Of a stretch of 33,419 nucleotides of DNA, positions 18,020 to 27,415 are shown piece after piece (positions within the stretch are counted from its first letter, which is position 1; the number at the start of each line of letters is the position of its first letter). Position numbers and translations under genes: made by a program. The notes below the pieces were generated by a model. That model did not search any database and was not told the origin of the DNA. It saw only the letters and a program-made list of their open reading frames with translations. The DNA is from Myxococcota bacterium (lineage in GTDB: Bacteria > Myxococcota_A > Polyangia > Nannocystales > Nannocystaceae), in contig JBCCHT010000073.1 in assembly GCA_039028615.1 (NCBI GenBank), positions 1-33,419 on the forward strand, read 5' to 3'.

Positions 18020-21000
18020 ATGGACACGGACATCGATATCGATCGCACCCAGGCCGACGGCGACCATGCGCCTCGGCGCGACCCCGCGCACCTCGAGGCG
18101 GGGTGCCAGGTCGATCGTTACCTGGTGCTGGCGGAGGTCGGTGCGGGCTCGATGGGCGTGGTGTATGCGGCCTACGACCCCGAGCTCGATCGCAAGCTCG
18201 CGCTCAAGCTCCTGCTCCCGCGGTTCGGCGGAGAGCAGGGGGCGAGCGCGGGTCGAACCCGGCTGCTGCGCGAGGCGCAGGTGCTCGCCCGGCTACGGCA
18301 TCCCAACGTGGTGTCCGTCCACGACGTGGGCACCTACGAGGGCCGGGTCTACATCGCCATGGAGTTCGTCGATGGCGAGACCATGGGCGCGTGGCTGAGC
18401 AATATCAAGCCCAGCCGCGCCGAGATCCTGCGGGTCTTCATGGCGGCCGGACGCGGGCTGGCGACGGCGCACCGGGCGGAGCTCATCCACCGCGACTTCA
18501 AGCCCGACAACGTGATCGTCGCGCGTGATGGCAGCGTGCGTGTGCTCGACTTCGGCCTGGCGCGAGCGACCGGCGACGCCTCGGGTGGCGCCGCGCCGCT
18601 GTCGGAGCCGCTGGCCAAGCTCAGCCCCACCAGTAGCCTCAACCTCGGCAACTCCAGCGCGCTGTCCACCGAGCTGACGCGGACCGGGGGGATCATGGGC
18701 ACGCCCGCGTACATGGCCCCGGAGCAGCATCTCGGTCTCGAGGTCACCGCGGCCAGCGACCAGTTTGCGTTCGCGGTCGCGCTGTACGAGGCGCTTTACG
18801 GCGAGCGTCCTTTCGGTGGAGACACCCTCCCCGCGCTCGCGTTTGCGGTGACGCAGGGCAAGATCCGCGAGCCCCGTGTCCCGAGTCGCTCCGTGCCTCG
18901 CTGGCTGCGTCAGGTCCTGCTGCGCGCGCTTCGGCCCGATCCCGAGGAGCGATACCCCGACATGGAAGCGCTGCTGCGGGCGCTGACCTCGAACCCGCAC
19001 CAAAAGTGGGCCAAGCGTGCGGCCTGGGTCGCGGGGGCGGGGCTCGTCGCGGGCCTGGCCTGGCCCTCCCCGCCGCCGGTCGAGGCCGCCGCCGCCGATC
19101 CCTGTGCCGGTGTCGAGGCGCCCATCGACGCGGTCTGGTCGCCCGAGCGGGCCCGAGCGTTGAGCACCCACTTCGAGGCGAGCGGCCTGGCGTTCGCGGA
19201 ACTCAGCGCGGCCAAGCTGGGGTCGGCCCTCGACGGCTGGAGCGAGGCATGGCGAAGCCAGCGACGCGAGACCTGCGAGGCGACCCGCGTGCATGCGTCG
19301 CAATCGGAGAGCCTCTTCGACCGCCGCATGCTCTGCCTCGACCGCGCCCTCGGTCGTACCGCCGCCCTCGTCGAGCGCCTCGAGAGTGCCGACGACACGG
19401 GCATCGAGCGAGCCAGCGAGGCGCTGGAGGGGCTCCCCGATCTCGACACCTGCGCCAACCGGGAGCGGCTGATGTCGGTCACCCCGATCCTGGCGGGCGA
19501 GGCCAAGCTCGAGGCGGACGCCATCGCCGAGGTCCTCGACGCCGTCGAAGCGATGATGGTGACCGGGGAGTACAAAAAGGCGCTGACTCTGCTCACCGAG
19601 CTGCAGCCGCGCATCGAGGCGCTGGGCGACCCGCTGACGGAGCGCCGTGCGGCCGTGGCCTTGGCCGACCTGCACAAGTTCGCCGAGGACGAGAAGCTCT
19701 CGCTCGCCGCGTTCACCCGGGCCTATCTCGCGGCCGATCGGGCGGGGGACGACTGGTCGCGCGTGCGGCTGGCGATCGAGCTCATGGAGGTCTACGGGCA
19801 CGGTCGCGCCGACGCCGAGGCGGCGGCGCAGTGGGAGGCCATGGCCGAGGCGGTGATCGGCCGCATCGGCAACCCGACCAAGATCCAGGTGCACTTCGCC
19901 TTGGCAAGGGGGACGGTGCTGACCGGGCAGGGCAAGTTCGAGGACGCGATCGCGCAGTTCGAACGGGCGCTGGCGCAGGCCAAAGACCCGGAGATCACCC
20001 TCTCCACTGCGACGACCGTCGTCATGCGCCAGCGCCTCGCGGTGGCCTTCAACGGGCTGGGGCGTGTCGACGAGGCCGAGGCCCTCCAGAACGAGATGCT
20101 CGACCTGCTGATGGACGAGGTCGGGCCCCGGCACCCGCGGACGGCCGTGCTCATCGGCTCGCTGGGAAACAGCGACTTCAATCGCGGGCGCTATGCCGAA
20201 GCGGCGCGTCGCTTCGAGGAGGCGGCGGCGATCATCGCGGAGAGCTACGGCGAGGACAATCCCCGCTACTACGACCGGCTCAACAACTACGCGGCCGCGC
20301 TGACGGCCATGGGGAACTACCGGGAAGCCGAGCGCATCCACCTGCGGATCCTCGCGTACAACACCGAACGCTTCGGCGACGGCGACCTTCGCTTGACCCA
20401 CTCGCTCGAGAACCTCGGCAACGCCCTGACCGCCCAGGGGCACCACGAGGAAGCCAAGCGCTACTACCTGCGCTCGTTGGCGATCAAGACCGAGCACCAC
20501 GGCCCCGACCACCCCACGGTCGCGACCTCCAAGATGAACCTCGGCGTCGCGCTCTTTTCGATGGGCGACTACGCGGGGGCCGAAGCGCTGTACCTCGAGA
20601 CCCTCGAGACCCTGCGCGAGCGGGTGGGCAGCGACCACGCCGACGTCGGTCTGACCTGCACCAACATCGGCGACGTTCACGAGGCGCAGGGGCGCTACCG
20701 CAGTGCGGCCCGCTACCAGGCCGAAGCACTGCGCATCTTCGAGGCGGCGTGGGGCGAGGAGAACATCGACCTCGCCTGGCCGCTGACGGGCTTGGGTATC
20801 GCGCGCTTGGGTCTGGGCGACCACACGGGGGCGCTCGAGGTCCTGACCCGGGCGAGGGCCCTGCGCGCGGGCAAGGAGGACAGCCTGCCCGAGGGGGAGC
20901 GAGCGCGCACCGACTTCGCCTACGCACGAGCGTTGCCCGCGGAGCGCCGCGCCGAGGCCGAGGAGGTCGCCCGGGCTGCGCTCCCCGACGCGCGGGCGGG

Positions 21001-21040
21001 TGACCCCGAGCTCGCGGCGAAGATCGACGCCTGGCTCTGA
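18020..21040 (+). CDS. Ser/Thr protein kinase with a TM segment and C-terminal TPR repeats (Nannocystaceae-type)
   Basis: GAGSMGVV, LALK, HRDFKPDN, DFG and YMAPEQ, a TM helix, a Cys-containing linker, and repeated GxxHPxxA..xNLG TPR units. Start is 18020 (ATG) or 17927. Confidence 0.93.
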   Translation: MDTDIDIDRTQADGDHAPRRDPAHLEAGCQVDRYLVLAEVGAGSMGVVYAAYDPELDRKLALKLLLPRFGGEQGASAGRTRLLREAQVLARLRHPNVVSVHDVGTYEGRVYIAMEFVDGETMGAWLSNIKPSRAEILRVFMAAGRGLATAHRAELIHRDFKPDNVIVARDGSVRVLDFGLARATGDASGGAAPLSEPLAKLSPTSSLNLGNSSALSTELTRTGGIMGTPAYMAPEQHLGLEVTAASDQFAFAVALYEALYGERPFGGDTLPALAFAVTQGKIREPRVPSRSVPRWLRQVLLRALRPDPEERYPDMEALLRALTSNPHQKWAKRAAWVAGAGLVAGLAWPSPPPVEAAAADPCAGVEAPIDAVWSPERARALSTHFEASGLAFAELSAAKLGSALDGWSEAWRSQRRETCEATRVHASQSESLFDRRMLCLDRALGRTAALVERLESADDTGIERASEALEGLPDLDTCANRERLMSVTPILAGEAKLEADAIAEVLDAVEAMMVTGEYKKALTLLTELQPRIEALGDPLTERRAAVALADLHKFAEDEKLSLAAFTRAYLAADRAGDDWSRVRLAIELMEVYGHGRADAEAAAQWEAMAEAVIGRIGNPTKIQVHFALARGTVLTGQGKFEDAIAQFERALAQAKDPEITLSTATTVVMRQRLAVAFNGLGRVDEAEALQNEMLDLLMDEVGPRHPRTAVLIGSLGNSDFNRGRYAEAARRFEEAAAIIAESYGEDNPRYYDRLNNYAAALTAMGNYREAERIHLRILAYNTERFGDGDLRLTHSLENLGNALTAQGHHEEAKRYYLRSLAIKTEHHGPDHPTVATSKMNLGVALFSMGDYAGAEALYLETLETLRERVGSDHADVGLTCTNIGDVHEAQGRYRSAARYQAEALRIFEAAWGEENIDLAWPLTGLGIARLGLGDHTGALEVLTRARALRAGKEDSLPEGERARTDFAYARALPAERRAEAEEVARAALPDARAGDPELAAKIDAWL

Positions 21041-21214
21041 CCTCGTGGGTCGACGCCGAACTCGGCGCATGATCGGTCGGCCGCCCATTCCGATCGTGGC
21101 CCGTCACGGTGCGTAAACATTGCGCAGCGGACCGCGGAGCGCGTCACCGCCAGGGGGCGTGTGTCGAAGTCACTCGGTTTTCCGTCGGGCATGGCTCGTG
21201 CAGTGCACGGACGG

Positions 21215-22981
21215 ATGTCTCAACGCCCCCTTCGGCCGCTCTACGTGTTTGCGCTCGGCGGTGTGCTCGCCTGCACTGCGCGCGAGCCGGGAAGCAGTCC
21301 CACGGGCGGAGAGTCGGCGACCTCCACGGCGGGCACGGCCACCACCGACGTCGATTCGGGCACGGGTTCGGTGGACGACACCAGTGACGAGGGGGCTGAC
21401 GCGGGGTCCAGCGACACCACGGGCGAGCCGCAGTCGGGGAGCGGCCGCTTCCTCACCTTCAGCCGGGGCTCGAACGGGCGAGGGGGCGAGCTGCTCCTGT
21501 ACGAGTACGTCGATGGCGAGCTGCTGCCGCCGCAACCGGTGAACGACCCGGTGCCGGTCGGCGCTCACATGTTCGCCGTCGACGTCGTCGCACAGGGGCA
21601 GGCCGTGGACTACTGCGTCAGCGACATCGAAGACCCATGGAACCAGGATTGCTTCGTCGTCGACCTGTCGCAGAGCGTCCCCGGAGAGCCGCAGTCACTC
21701 ATCTCTGGCGGTGCCGAGGCTGCCGACGCGGTCGCTTGGGTGAGGTTCGTACCCGTGACGCAGACCTTCATCTACACGGGCTACGCCCCCTCCGACGACC
21801 CCCAGATGGTGAACCCTGCCGCGGGGATCTACGCGGCGACCTATCACGACGGCGAACTGGGGTACTCGCAGCAGATATTTTCCTTCGAGCACGGCCACTA
21901 CTACTCCGAATACGCGGACGTCAGCTCGGACGGTGGCTCCTATTCCCTCGTCTTGTGGCCAGGGACTGGGACCGACCTCTTCCATGTCCACTCCGCGTCG
22001 ATCGTCGATCCGGACCCGGCTGAAACCCTGATCTACGACGTCACCAACACCGAACACGGTGCGTCGGAGCCCACCACCGCGGCGGGAGGGCAGGCCATGG
22101 CCTTTCGCGAGGGCCTGAGGGGGTTTTGGAACGACGAGATCCACTACGTCGACCTGTCGGGTCCCACACCCGCAGAGCCCGTGCACCTCGGCGCGGCGCT
22201 CGGGCTTTCGACGTTCGGGCCTCCGTTGTTTTCTCCCGATGGCAACACCTTGGCGTACACGCAGCACTGGTACGCCGAGGATGGGGCTCGGTCGGACTTG
22301 TTCCTCGTGGACGTCGACGCCGGGGTCCCGCCGACACCCGTGGCCGTCCAGACCGACCTCGTCGATAGAGTCTCGACGAGCGGCGACCTCGGCTGGTCTT
22401 TGGATAGTCGCTGGATCGTATTTCGAGTCGGATCGGTCGCTGGGGCCCGCCAGTACCATCTCGTCGACCGCTCCGCGGCGGGCCAGATTCCTCCGTTTTC
22501 GCTCGCCGACGAGCCCGAGGTCGAGCAACGCTCGCAGTGGTTCGACGACACGTCCACGTGGCTGTACTACGAGCAAGACGATGTGCTCACCCGAAGGAAC
22601 GTCACCGGGGCGGAGCCCGGGCCGCCTCAGACCGTGAGCGACGACGGGATGTCCATCGTCAGCATCCATCGCACTCACGATCCTTCGAGCCTGATGTACA
22701 CCGCCTCCGGTCCCGGGACCGACGAGCTCAGCCACTGGGTGGTCGACATTGGTGGTGAACAACCGGGCGGGCTCGAGCGAATCGATGCCCCATCGGCCGA
22801 CGGCTGGCACGTGGTCGACACCCTCGAGCCTGCGTGGGACGCCTCGTTTGCGCTGTACCACGAGTGCTCCCACGATCCGTGCTCGGAAGGGATCTCGCGG
22901 CTTCGCCTGGTCGACCGAAACACGGGTCTCTGGGTCGAGGTTCCGGGCGGGGGAGCCACGGCGCTGGCGGTTGCGAAGTAG
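21215..22981 (+). CDS. Lipoprotein with TolB/PD40-like beta-propeller repeats
   Basis: Lipobox VLA-C after MSQRPLRPLYVFALGG, an S/T/D linker, and repeats FSPDGNTLAY, WSLDSRWIVF, VSSDGGSY, each with a VDL..xP.P unit. Confidence 0.75.
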   Translation: MSQRPLRPLYVFALGGVLACTAREPGSSPTGGESATSTAGTATTDVDSGTGSVDDTSDEGADAGSSDTTGEPQSGSGRFLTFSRGSNGRGGELLLYEYVDGELLPPQPVNDPVPVGAHMFAVDVVAQGQAVDYCVSDIEDPWNQDCFVVDLSQSVPGEPQSLISGGAEAADAVAWVRFVPVTQTFIYTGYAPSDDPQMVNPAAGIYAATYHDGELGYSQQIFSFEHGHYYSEYADVSSDGGSYSLVLWPGTGTDLFHVHSASIVDPDPAETLIYDVTNTEHGASEPTTAAGGQAMAFREGLRGFWNDEIHYVDLSGPTPAEPVHLGAALGLSTFGPPLFSPDGNTLAYTQHWYAEDGARSDLFLVDVDAGVPPTPVAVQTDLVDRVSTSGDLGWSLDSRWIVFRVGSVAGARQYHLVDRSAAGQIPPFSLADEPEVEQRSQWFDDTSTWLYYEQDDVLTRRNVTGAEPGPPQTVSDDGMSIVSIHRTHDPSSLMYTASGPGTDELSHWVVDIGGEQPGGLERIDAPSADGWHVVDTLEPAWDASFALYHECSHDPCSEGISRLRLVDRNTGLWVEVPGGGATALAVAK

Positions 22982-22994
22982 CCCTCTTCGGGCT

Positions 22995-23774
22995 TCAGCC
23001 GTGCCGGGTCGGCGGGCGCTTCATCAGCGCTTCGTAGAGCGAATGGTGCCCGACGTCGATGTCGTGCCCGAAGCTGATGCTCAGTTCGCCGTTGGCGATG
23101 GCCTCGTTGAATACGGGGTCCGCCAAGACGAGGTCCCCCACGATGAGCGCGGCCTTGCGACCCACGTTGTCGGCGCTGAGTTCCGCGAGCGCCCGGGCCC
23201 CGATTCGATCGAGCTTGATCTCCACGCCCTCGTGGGTCTCGTTCAGCTGGATCACGTGCTCGCGAGTCACGGCGACACGAGAACGCACCACATAGGCCTG
23301 CCACTCGACGGTGCGCTCGGAGCCGGGCCCGGGCACTACACGAGGGCCGTAGCGGATCTGATGGGTCGACGGCAGCTGCCATGGAGCCTCGCGCGAGTCG
23401 AAGAATGCCTCCAGGCTCTCGCGGTCCGGGGCCGCGACGGTGACCTGGCGGTCGATCACAACACCACCGTCTCGGCCGTAGCCGGGCCCGAGGGCCACGC
23501 GTAGACCAGACGCGGTGCGAAACTGGCCATCCTCGAGCAACGCCATGAAGTACGGCGCTGTAGTGCTCGCAAACGGGGTCTCGTCGTCGACCAGCTGGAT
23601 GGAGAAGGTCGACGGTCGATCGAGCTTCCCGAGGATGGGCCCCAGCGGCGAGAACGAATCGCTCGATGCGGGCGCCCCCGCGGGCTCGGGACAGGAGGCG
23701 TTCTTGCACGCAGGCAAGACGGTGACGGCGGGCGCGGCCAAGGCCACGCCCTTCACGAAGGAACGGCGATGCAT
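22995..23774 (-). CDS. Tat-signal lipoprotein carrying a stand-alone SecD/SecDF periplasmic P1-head-like domain
   Basis: N-terminal twin-arginine motif HRRSFVK and lipobox LPA-C. The C-terminus VEIKLDRIGARALAELSADNVGRKAALIVGDLVLADPVFNEAIANGELSIS resembles the SecD head. No multi-TM domain. Confidence 0.75.
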   Translation of the reverse strand: MHRRSFVKGVALAAPAVTVLPACKNASCPEPAGAPASSDSFSPLGPILGKLDRPSTFSIQLVDDETPFASTTAPYFMALLEDGQFRTASGLRVALGPGYGRDGGVVIDRQVTVAAPDRESLEAFFDSREAPWQLPSTHQIRYGPRVVPGPGSERTVEWQAYVVRSRVAVTREHVIQLNETHEGVEIKLDRIGARALAELSADNVGRKAALIVGDLVLADPVFNEAIANGELSISFGHDIDVGHHSLYEALMKRPPTRHG

Positions 23775-23959
23775 GGTGGCAGTCTATGGCCACGCATGTC
23801 GTCATCTGACGACGGGCTCGGCATTTGTCGAGCGGCCCGAGGCTGGCCCCCGAGCGCGCCCGTGTTGGCTCATGCGGGGTCGAGCGGCCGCTGCATTCGA
23901 GTCTTCCCCGGGTCTGGAGGCGCCGAGGTCCCGGTCGTCATGGCAGACTGTCGCTCGAG

Positions 23960-24433
23960 ATGCCGATCTCCAACCCGACGTGCACGGACCCGAGACTCGG
24001 CGAGTTCCGTGCCACTCGCGAAGAGGGGCGCTCGCTCTTCGGCGGGCGCCGACGGATATGGCGGAACTGGCAGGGGCGCTACCGGCTCGCGGGGCGCGAG
24101 GACGACGTCATCCTGTCGCTCAGTGGGACGGAGCGCGGGCCAGACCCGGGGCTCGTGGGCAAGACGTGCGCCGTGCTCGACAACCTCGATGCCATCACGC
24201 GCCGTATCTCCCGCGCGCTCGCGAAGCGGGGGTCCTCCGCGAAGCCTTCGGACTTTGTCCTGGGCTCGATCTACGACTGGGACGAGGTCGACGAGGTGCT
24301 GCTGGTGGAGTACGTGCCGTTGCGCTCCGGGCTGCTCGACGATGACCTCGAGCTGTACTGGCCGGGCGACGACTGGGCCATCGACCATCACATCGTGCTG
24401 CGGCAGAGCGATCACGGACTTCGCGGGCGCTGA
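23960..24433 (+). CDS. Hypothetical protein
   Basis: ATG at 23960, 157 aa, acidic/aromatic C-terminus, GC-typical codon pattern. Confidence 0.55.
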   Translation: MPISNPTCTDPRLGEFRATREEGRSLFGGRRRIWRNWQGRYRLAGREDDVILSLSGTERGPDPGLVGKTCAVLDNLDAITRRISRALAKRGSSAKPSDFVLGSIYDWDEVDEVLLVEYVPLRSGLLDDDLELYWPGDDWAIDHHIVLRQSDHGLRGR

Positions 24434-24480
24434 GAACCATGCGTGTACGGGCACGCCGCGGTCGCTGTTAGCATCGACGT

Positions 24481-24879
24481 GTGCAAGAGCGCGACCGACA
24501 GCGGGCTCGGGTCGACGAGATCATCGCCGAACGTTTTTCGTCCTCGTCGATGAGTGACGCCAAGTGGGTTCGTTTGCTCGACGCCCTGACGGCGCACGAG
24601 GGCCTCGTCCAGGAGTGTCGCGCCAAGCTCGTGTGGGACGACGAGATTCGCGACCTCGCCATCGACGAAAAGGAGTTCCAGTTCGACTACTGGCCGCATG
24701 CGATGGAGGCGATGATCTCCGGGCGCCCGCGTGGGTGGTACGAGTACCGGGAGCTCGAGTGGATCCGGTTCCCGTCCGGGTCGCAGGATCTGGCGAAGAT
24801 TCGAGCTACCCTCGATGCCCGAGGGCGTTTCGATCTCGAGCGGTCCGAGGATGGGCTCACGCTCTACGCCTATCGGTAG
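24481..24879 (+). CDS. DUF6678-like protein
   Basis: Pattern SMSDAKWVRL ... YRELEWI ... LYAY recalls DUF6678 (MNxTKW...YKEIEW...YGY). Confidence 0.55.
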   Translation: MQERDRQRARVDEIIAERFSSSSMSDAKWVRLLDALTAHEGLVQECRAKLVWDDEIRDLAIDEKEFQFDYWPHAMEAMISGRPRGWYEYRELEWIRFPSGSQDLAKIRATLDARGRFDLERSEDGLTLYAYR

Positions 24880-25069
24880 TCGCTATGGCGGCCACGTCCG
24901 CGTGGGTTGACGACGTGTCGGGCACCGATGGCGACGGTGACGGTTTGTCCGGCGGCGGCCCTGCCCCGCCGCCTCGGTGCTTGGTGGAGTGCAGTTTTCT
25001 ACGGGCACGCTTCATGCACTAGCAGGCGGGCATGCGCCGCCCGAGGTCGGATGGAATGCGGGGAGAACC

Positions 25070-25387
25070 GTGACGCTGCTCGAACTCATTGCCATCGTCT
25101 CCGTATTCGTCGGCGGCGTCGTGGGGGTCATCCTGGGCACACAGTGGGGCGCCGGTTCTGCACTATTGGGGATCCTCCTCGGAGCCGCGGGTGGCTTGGC
25201 GCTCGCTTCGACCGCGCTGTCGATCTTCGGGGCATGGGCCAGTCGTCGGTCGTTTCGCGACACTGCGAGAACCTCCTCCGGCCCCACGCGTGCGACCGCG
25301 TCGTCGAGGGCACCAGAGCAAGAGGCGAGCGGCCGGGGGCTCGCCTCGCAACGCGCCGGAACAGATCGTTCAAATTGCTCGGAGTGA
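25070..25387 (+). CDS. Small two-TM membrane protein
   Basis: GGGGAG RBS before the GTG at 25070, and two Gly-rich hydrophobic helices. Confidence 0.55.
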   Translation: MTLLELIAIVSVFVGGVVGVILGTQWGAGSALLGILLGAAGGLALASTALSIFGAWASRRSFRDTARTSSGPTRATASSRAPEQEASGRGLASQRAGTDRSNCSE

Positions 25388-25409
25388 CGAGGTCGAAGAC
25401 ACTCGTCGC

Positions 25410-25922
25410 GTGCGCCCCTTCGTGATCACTGCCGTTCCATCGACCATGCTGCTGGTGTGTCTGTCAGCGTGCCCGGGCCAGAACGCCACGGTTCGGCTCG
25501 CCCCGGGTACCTACGAGCTCGTGTCGGTCACGAACGATGCGACCGATCCTTCGGATATGGCTCCGGAGCTGGACGACGCCGTTCTCGAGGTTGCGGAAAG
25601 CCTGGAGAGCGCGACGGTGACCCTCGCCGACGGCACCGTGATCGAGATGGCGCTCACGCTGGCGCCGCGAGAGCAGTGGTCTTCGGGTTGTTTCACGATG
25701 GCCAGCCAAGACGAACACGAGACCTACCGGGTCGAGCCTTCCAGTCTGAGCGTGGGTACGGTCGAGCTGGCCGCCGCGGTTCTCGTTGCCGACGACTGCG
25801 CCGAAACGGCGGAGCACTTGGTCCTCAGCCAGTTGCTCGATGCCGGTCACTCCATCGGTTGTGACGGCAAGCGTTGTCTCGAGTTCGAGAGGTTGGAGGC
25901 CGGCGGCACGGGAGCGCCGTAG
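25410..25922 (+). CDS. Hypothetical lipoprotein
   Basis: GTG at 25410 (start uncertain), lipobox LSA-C, then LAPGTYELVSV. Confidence 0.6.
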   Translation: MRPFVITAVPSTMLLVCLSACPGQNATVRLAPGTYELVSVTNDATDPSDMAPELDDAVLEVAESLESATVTLADGTVIEMALTLAPREQWSSGCFTMASQDEHETYRVEPSSLSVGTVELAAAVLVADDCAETAEHLVLSQLLDAGHSIGCDGKRCLEFERLEAGGTGAP

Positions 25923-25978
25923 CGAGCGACCGGACCGCGATCCGTGGGGTCGTCCGTGCGAGGCGAGCGGCTCCGTAG

Positions 25979-27175
25979 CTACTCCTCGCACTGCCACGGG
26001 GCGTGGCAGTACACGACCTCGGTCCCTCCCACGTCCCGTAGTTCGGGACAGGCGCACCATCGGCTCGTGACGCGACGATAGCCTCCCTGACCAAGCACGC
26101 CCTCGAGCGCCGAGAACAGCTCGTCGTCGGGGCGATCCCAAAGCTGGACGACGTTGCAGAAGTATTGGTCTCGTTTGTCCCGGACGATGAGCGCCTGGCC
26201 GGCGTTGGAGCCCAGCGCTCCTCTCAACCTGCGGTGGAGGACTTCGGCGTCGCGCAGCATGGAGTTGCTGGAGAGCTGAACCATCCATGGCTCGAGGTCG
26301 ACCGTGTCGGAGTCATCGTCGGATTCTTCCCAGACCGCGCGCGGAGGGAACTCCTCCTCTTCCTCGGGTTCGGGTTCGTAGCGAGTCGAGGGGACGTACG
26401 AAGGCACCTCGGCGGACGCGGAGCCTCCAAAGTCGCGGGGGTTCGCCAAGCCGCACTTGGCCACCGCCTTCAGTTGCTTCGCATCGGTTTTGACTTCGTC
26501 GCTGTATCGCTTGACCGTGTCGCGGAGCCCCTTGGCTTGGGGGACTATGCCGTGCAGCTTGCCCATTGCCCAGGCGAGGGCACTCAACAGTAGCTTGGCC
26601 GGCATCAGGCGATCATGTGCCAGCTCGCTCTGTTTACGAATCTTTGCATCGTCACCCGAGCGGATGGCTCGTTCCAAGGCATTGGCCTGGGCGGGCAGCT
26701 TCTCCCAGGTATCGAGCACGCTCCGTACCGGCCCGAGCCTGGAGGCGAGGCCTTTGACCGCCTCGTCCTTGGCGTGATCGACCAGCGCGTGGAACACGTC
26801 CCGCATCCGGGGCAGGCGCGTGAATTTCCCCGTGAGCCGATAGATCTGCGAGCCCACGTTGACGCCTTCGATGAGGTCGAGCACCAGTTTCGCGATTCGA
26901 ACGACATTCCCCATCTCGCGTAGCCGCTCGATGGCGGCTGGTGACAGCGTGGCCGGTTCGCACTTTTGTTTGATGGGCTCGTCGCTCTCATCGTCGGTCG
27001 CCGCAGGGGAGCGGTCTCTCGACGGTATCGCCGACTTTGGTTCCGGCTTGGGCTTGGCTGGCCACGTGTTGCTGGCCTGCGGCTTCGGTCTATCGGGCTT
27101 GGACGAATCGCACCCGAGAGTAGGCACCGTGATCGCAAGTCCGACGATGAGGAAGCGGCGCGCATGAATCCACAC
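25979..27175 (-). CDS. Hypothetical lipoprotein with a helical mid-region and a possible SPOR-like C-terminal domain
   Basis: Lipobox TLG-C, a basic amphipathic helical region, an acidic linker, then WMVQLSSNSMLRDAEVLHRRL (SPOR-like start) and four Cys. Confidence 0.6.
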   Translation of the reverse strand: MWIHARRFLIVGLAITVPTLGCDSSKPDRPKPQASNTWPAKPKPEPKSAIPSRDRSPAATDDESDEPIKQKCEPATLSPAAIERLREMGNVVRIAKLVLDLIEGVNVGSQIYRLTGKFTRLPRMRDVFHALVDHAKDEAVKGLASRLGPVRSVLDTWEKLPAQANALERAIRSGDDAKIRKQSELAHDRLMPAKLLLSALAWAMGKLHGIVPQAKGLRDTVKRYSDEVKTDAKQLKAVAKCGLANPRDFGGSASAEVPSYVPSTRYEPEPEEEEEFPPRAVWEESDDDSDTVDLEPWMVQLSSNSMLRDAEVLHRRLRGALGSNAGQALIVRDKRDQYFCNVVQLWDRPDDELFSALEGVLGQGGYRRVTSRWCACPELRDVGGTEVVYCHAPWQCEE

Positions 27176-27415
27176 GGATCTCGATATCGATCGCCGACGG
27201 ACGACCTGTCGCTGCCGTCGACTTTTTTCTTTGGGTCAATGTGTCTTCGACGCTTGGTCGCTTCGAGGCCACACCCAACCCGTGCGAGTGCGGCCCGAAG
27301 CCCCCACTCGTACGTCGTAGTTTTTTCTTTCGATCGTCGTGCAACGAATCATCCGTCCTGGTCGAAAACGGATTGACTCGCCGCCCCCAATACTTCGGCG
27401 AGTGGGATTATCCCC

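Noticed and set aside
18293..21088. Long antisense or alternate-frame ORFs (931 aa, 665 aa; likewise 13225..15075 and 28132..29520)
   Set aside because: Typical high-GC shadow ORFs opposite or overlapping well-supported genes, with no recognisable motifs.
22976..22996. Terminator between convergent genes (AGCCC-TCTTC-GGGCT)
   Set aside because: The stem is only about 5 bp with no U-tract, too weak to call.
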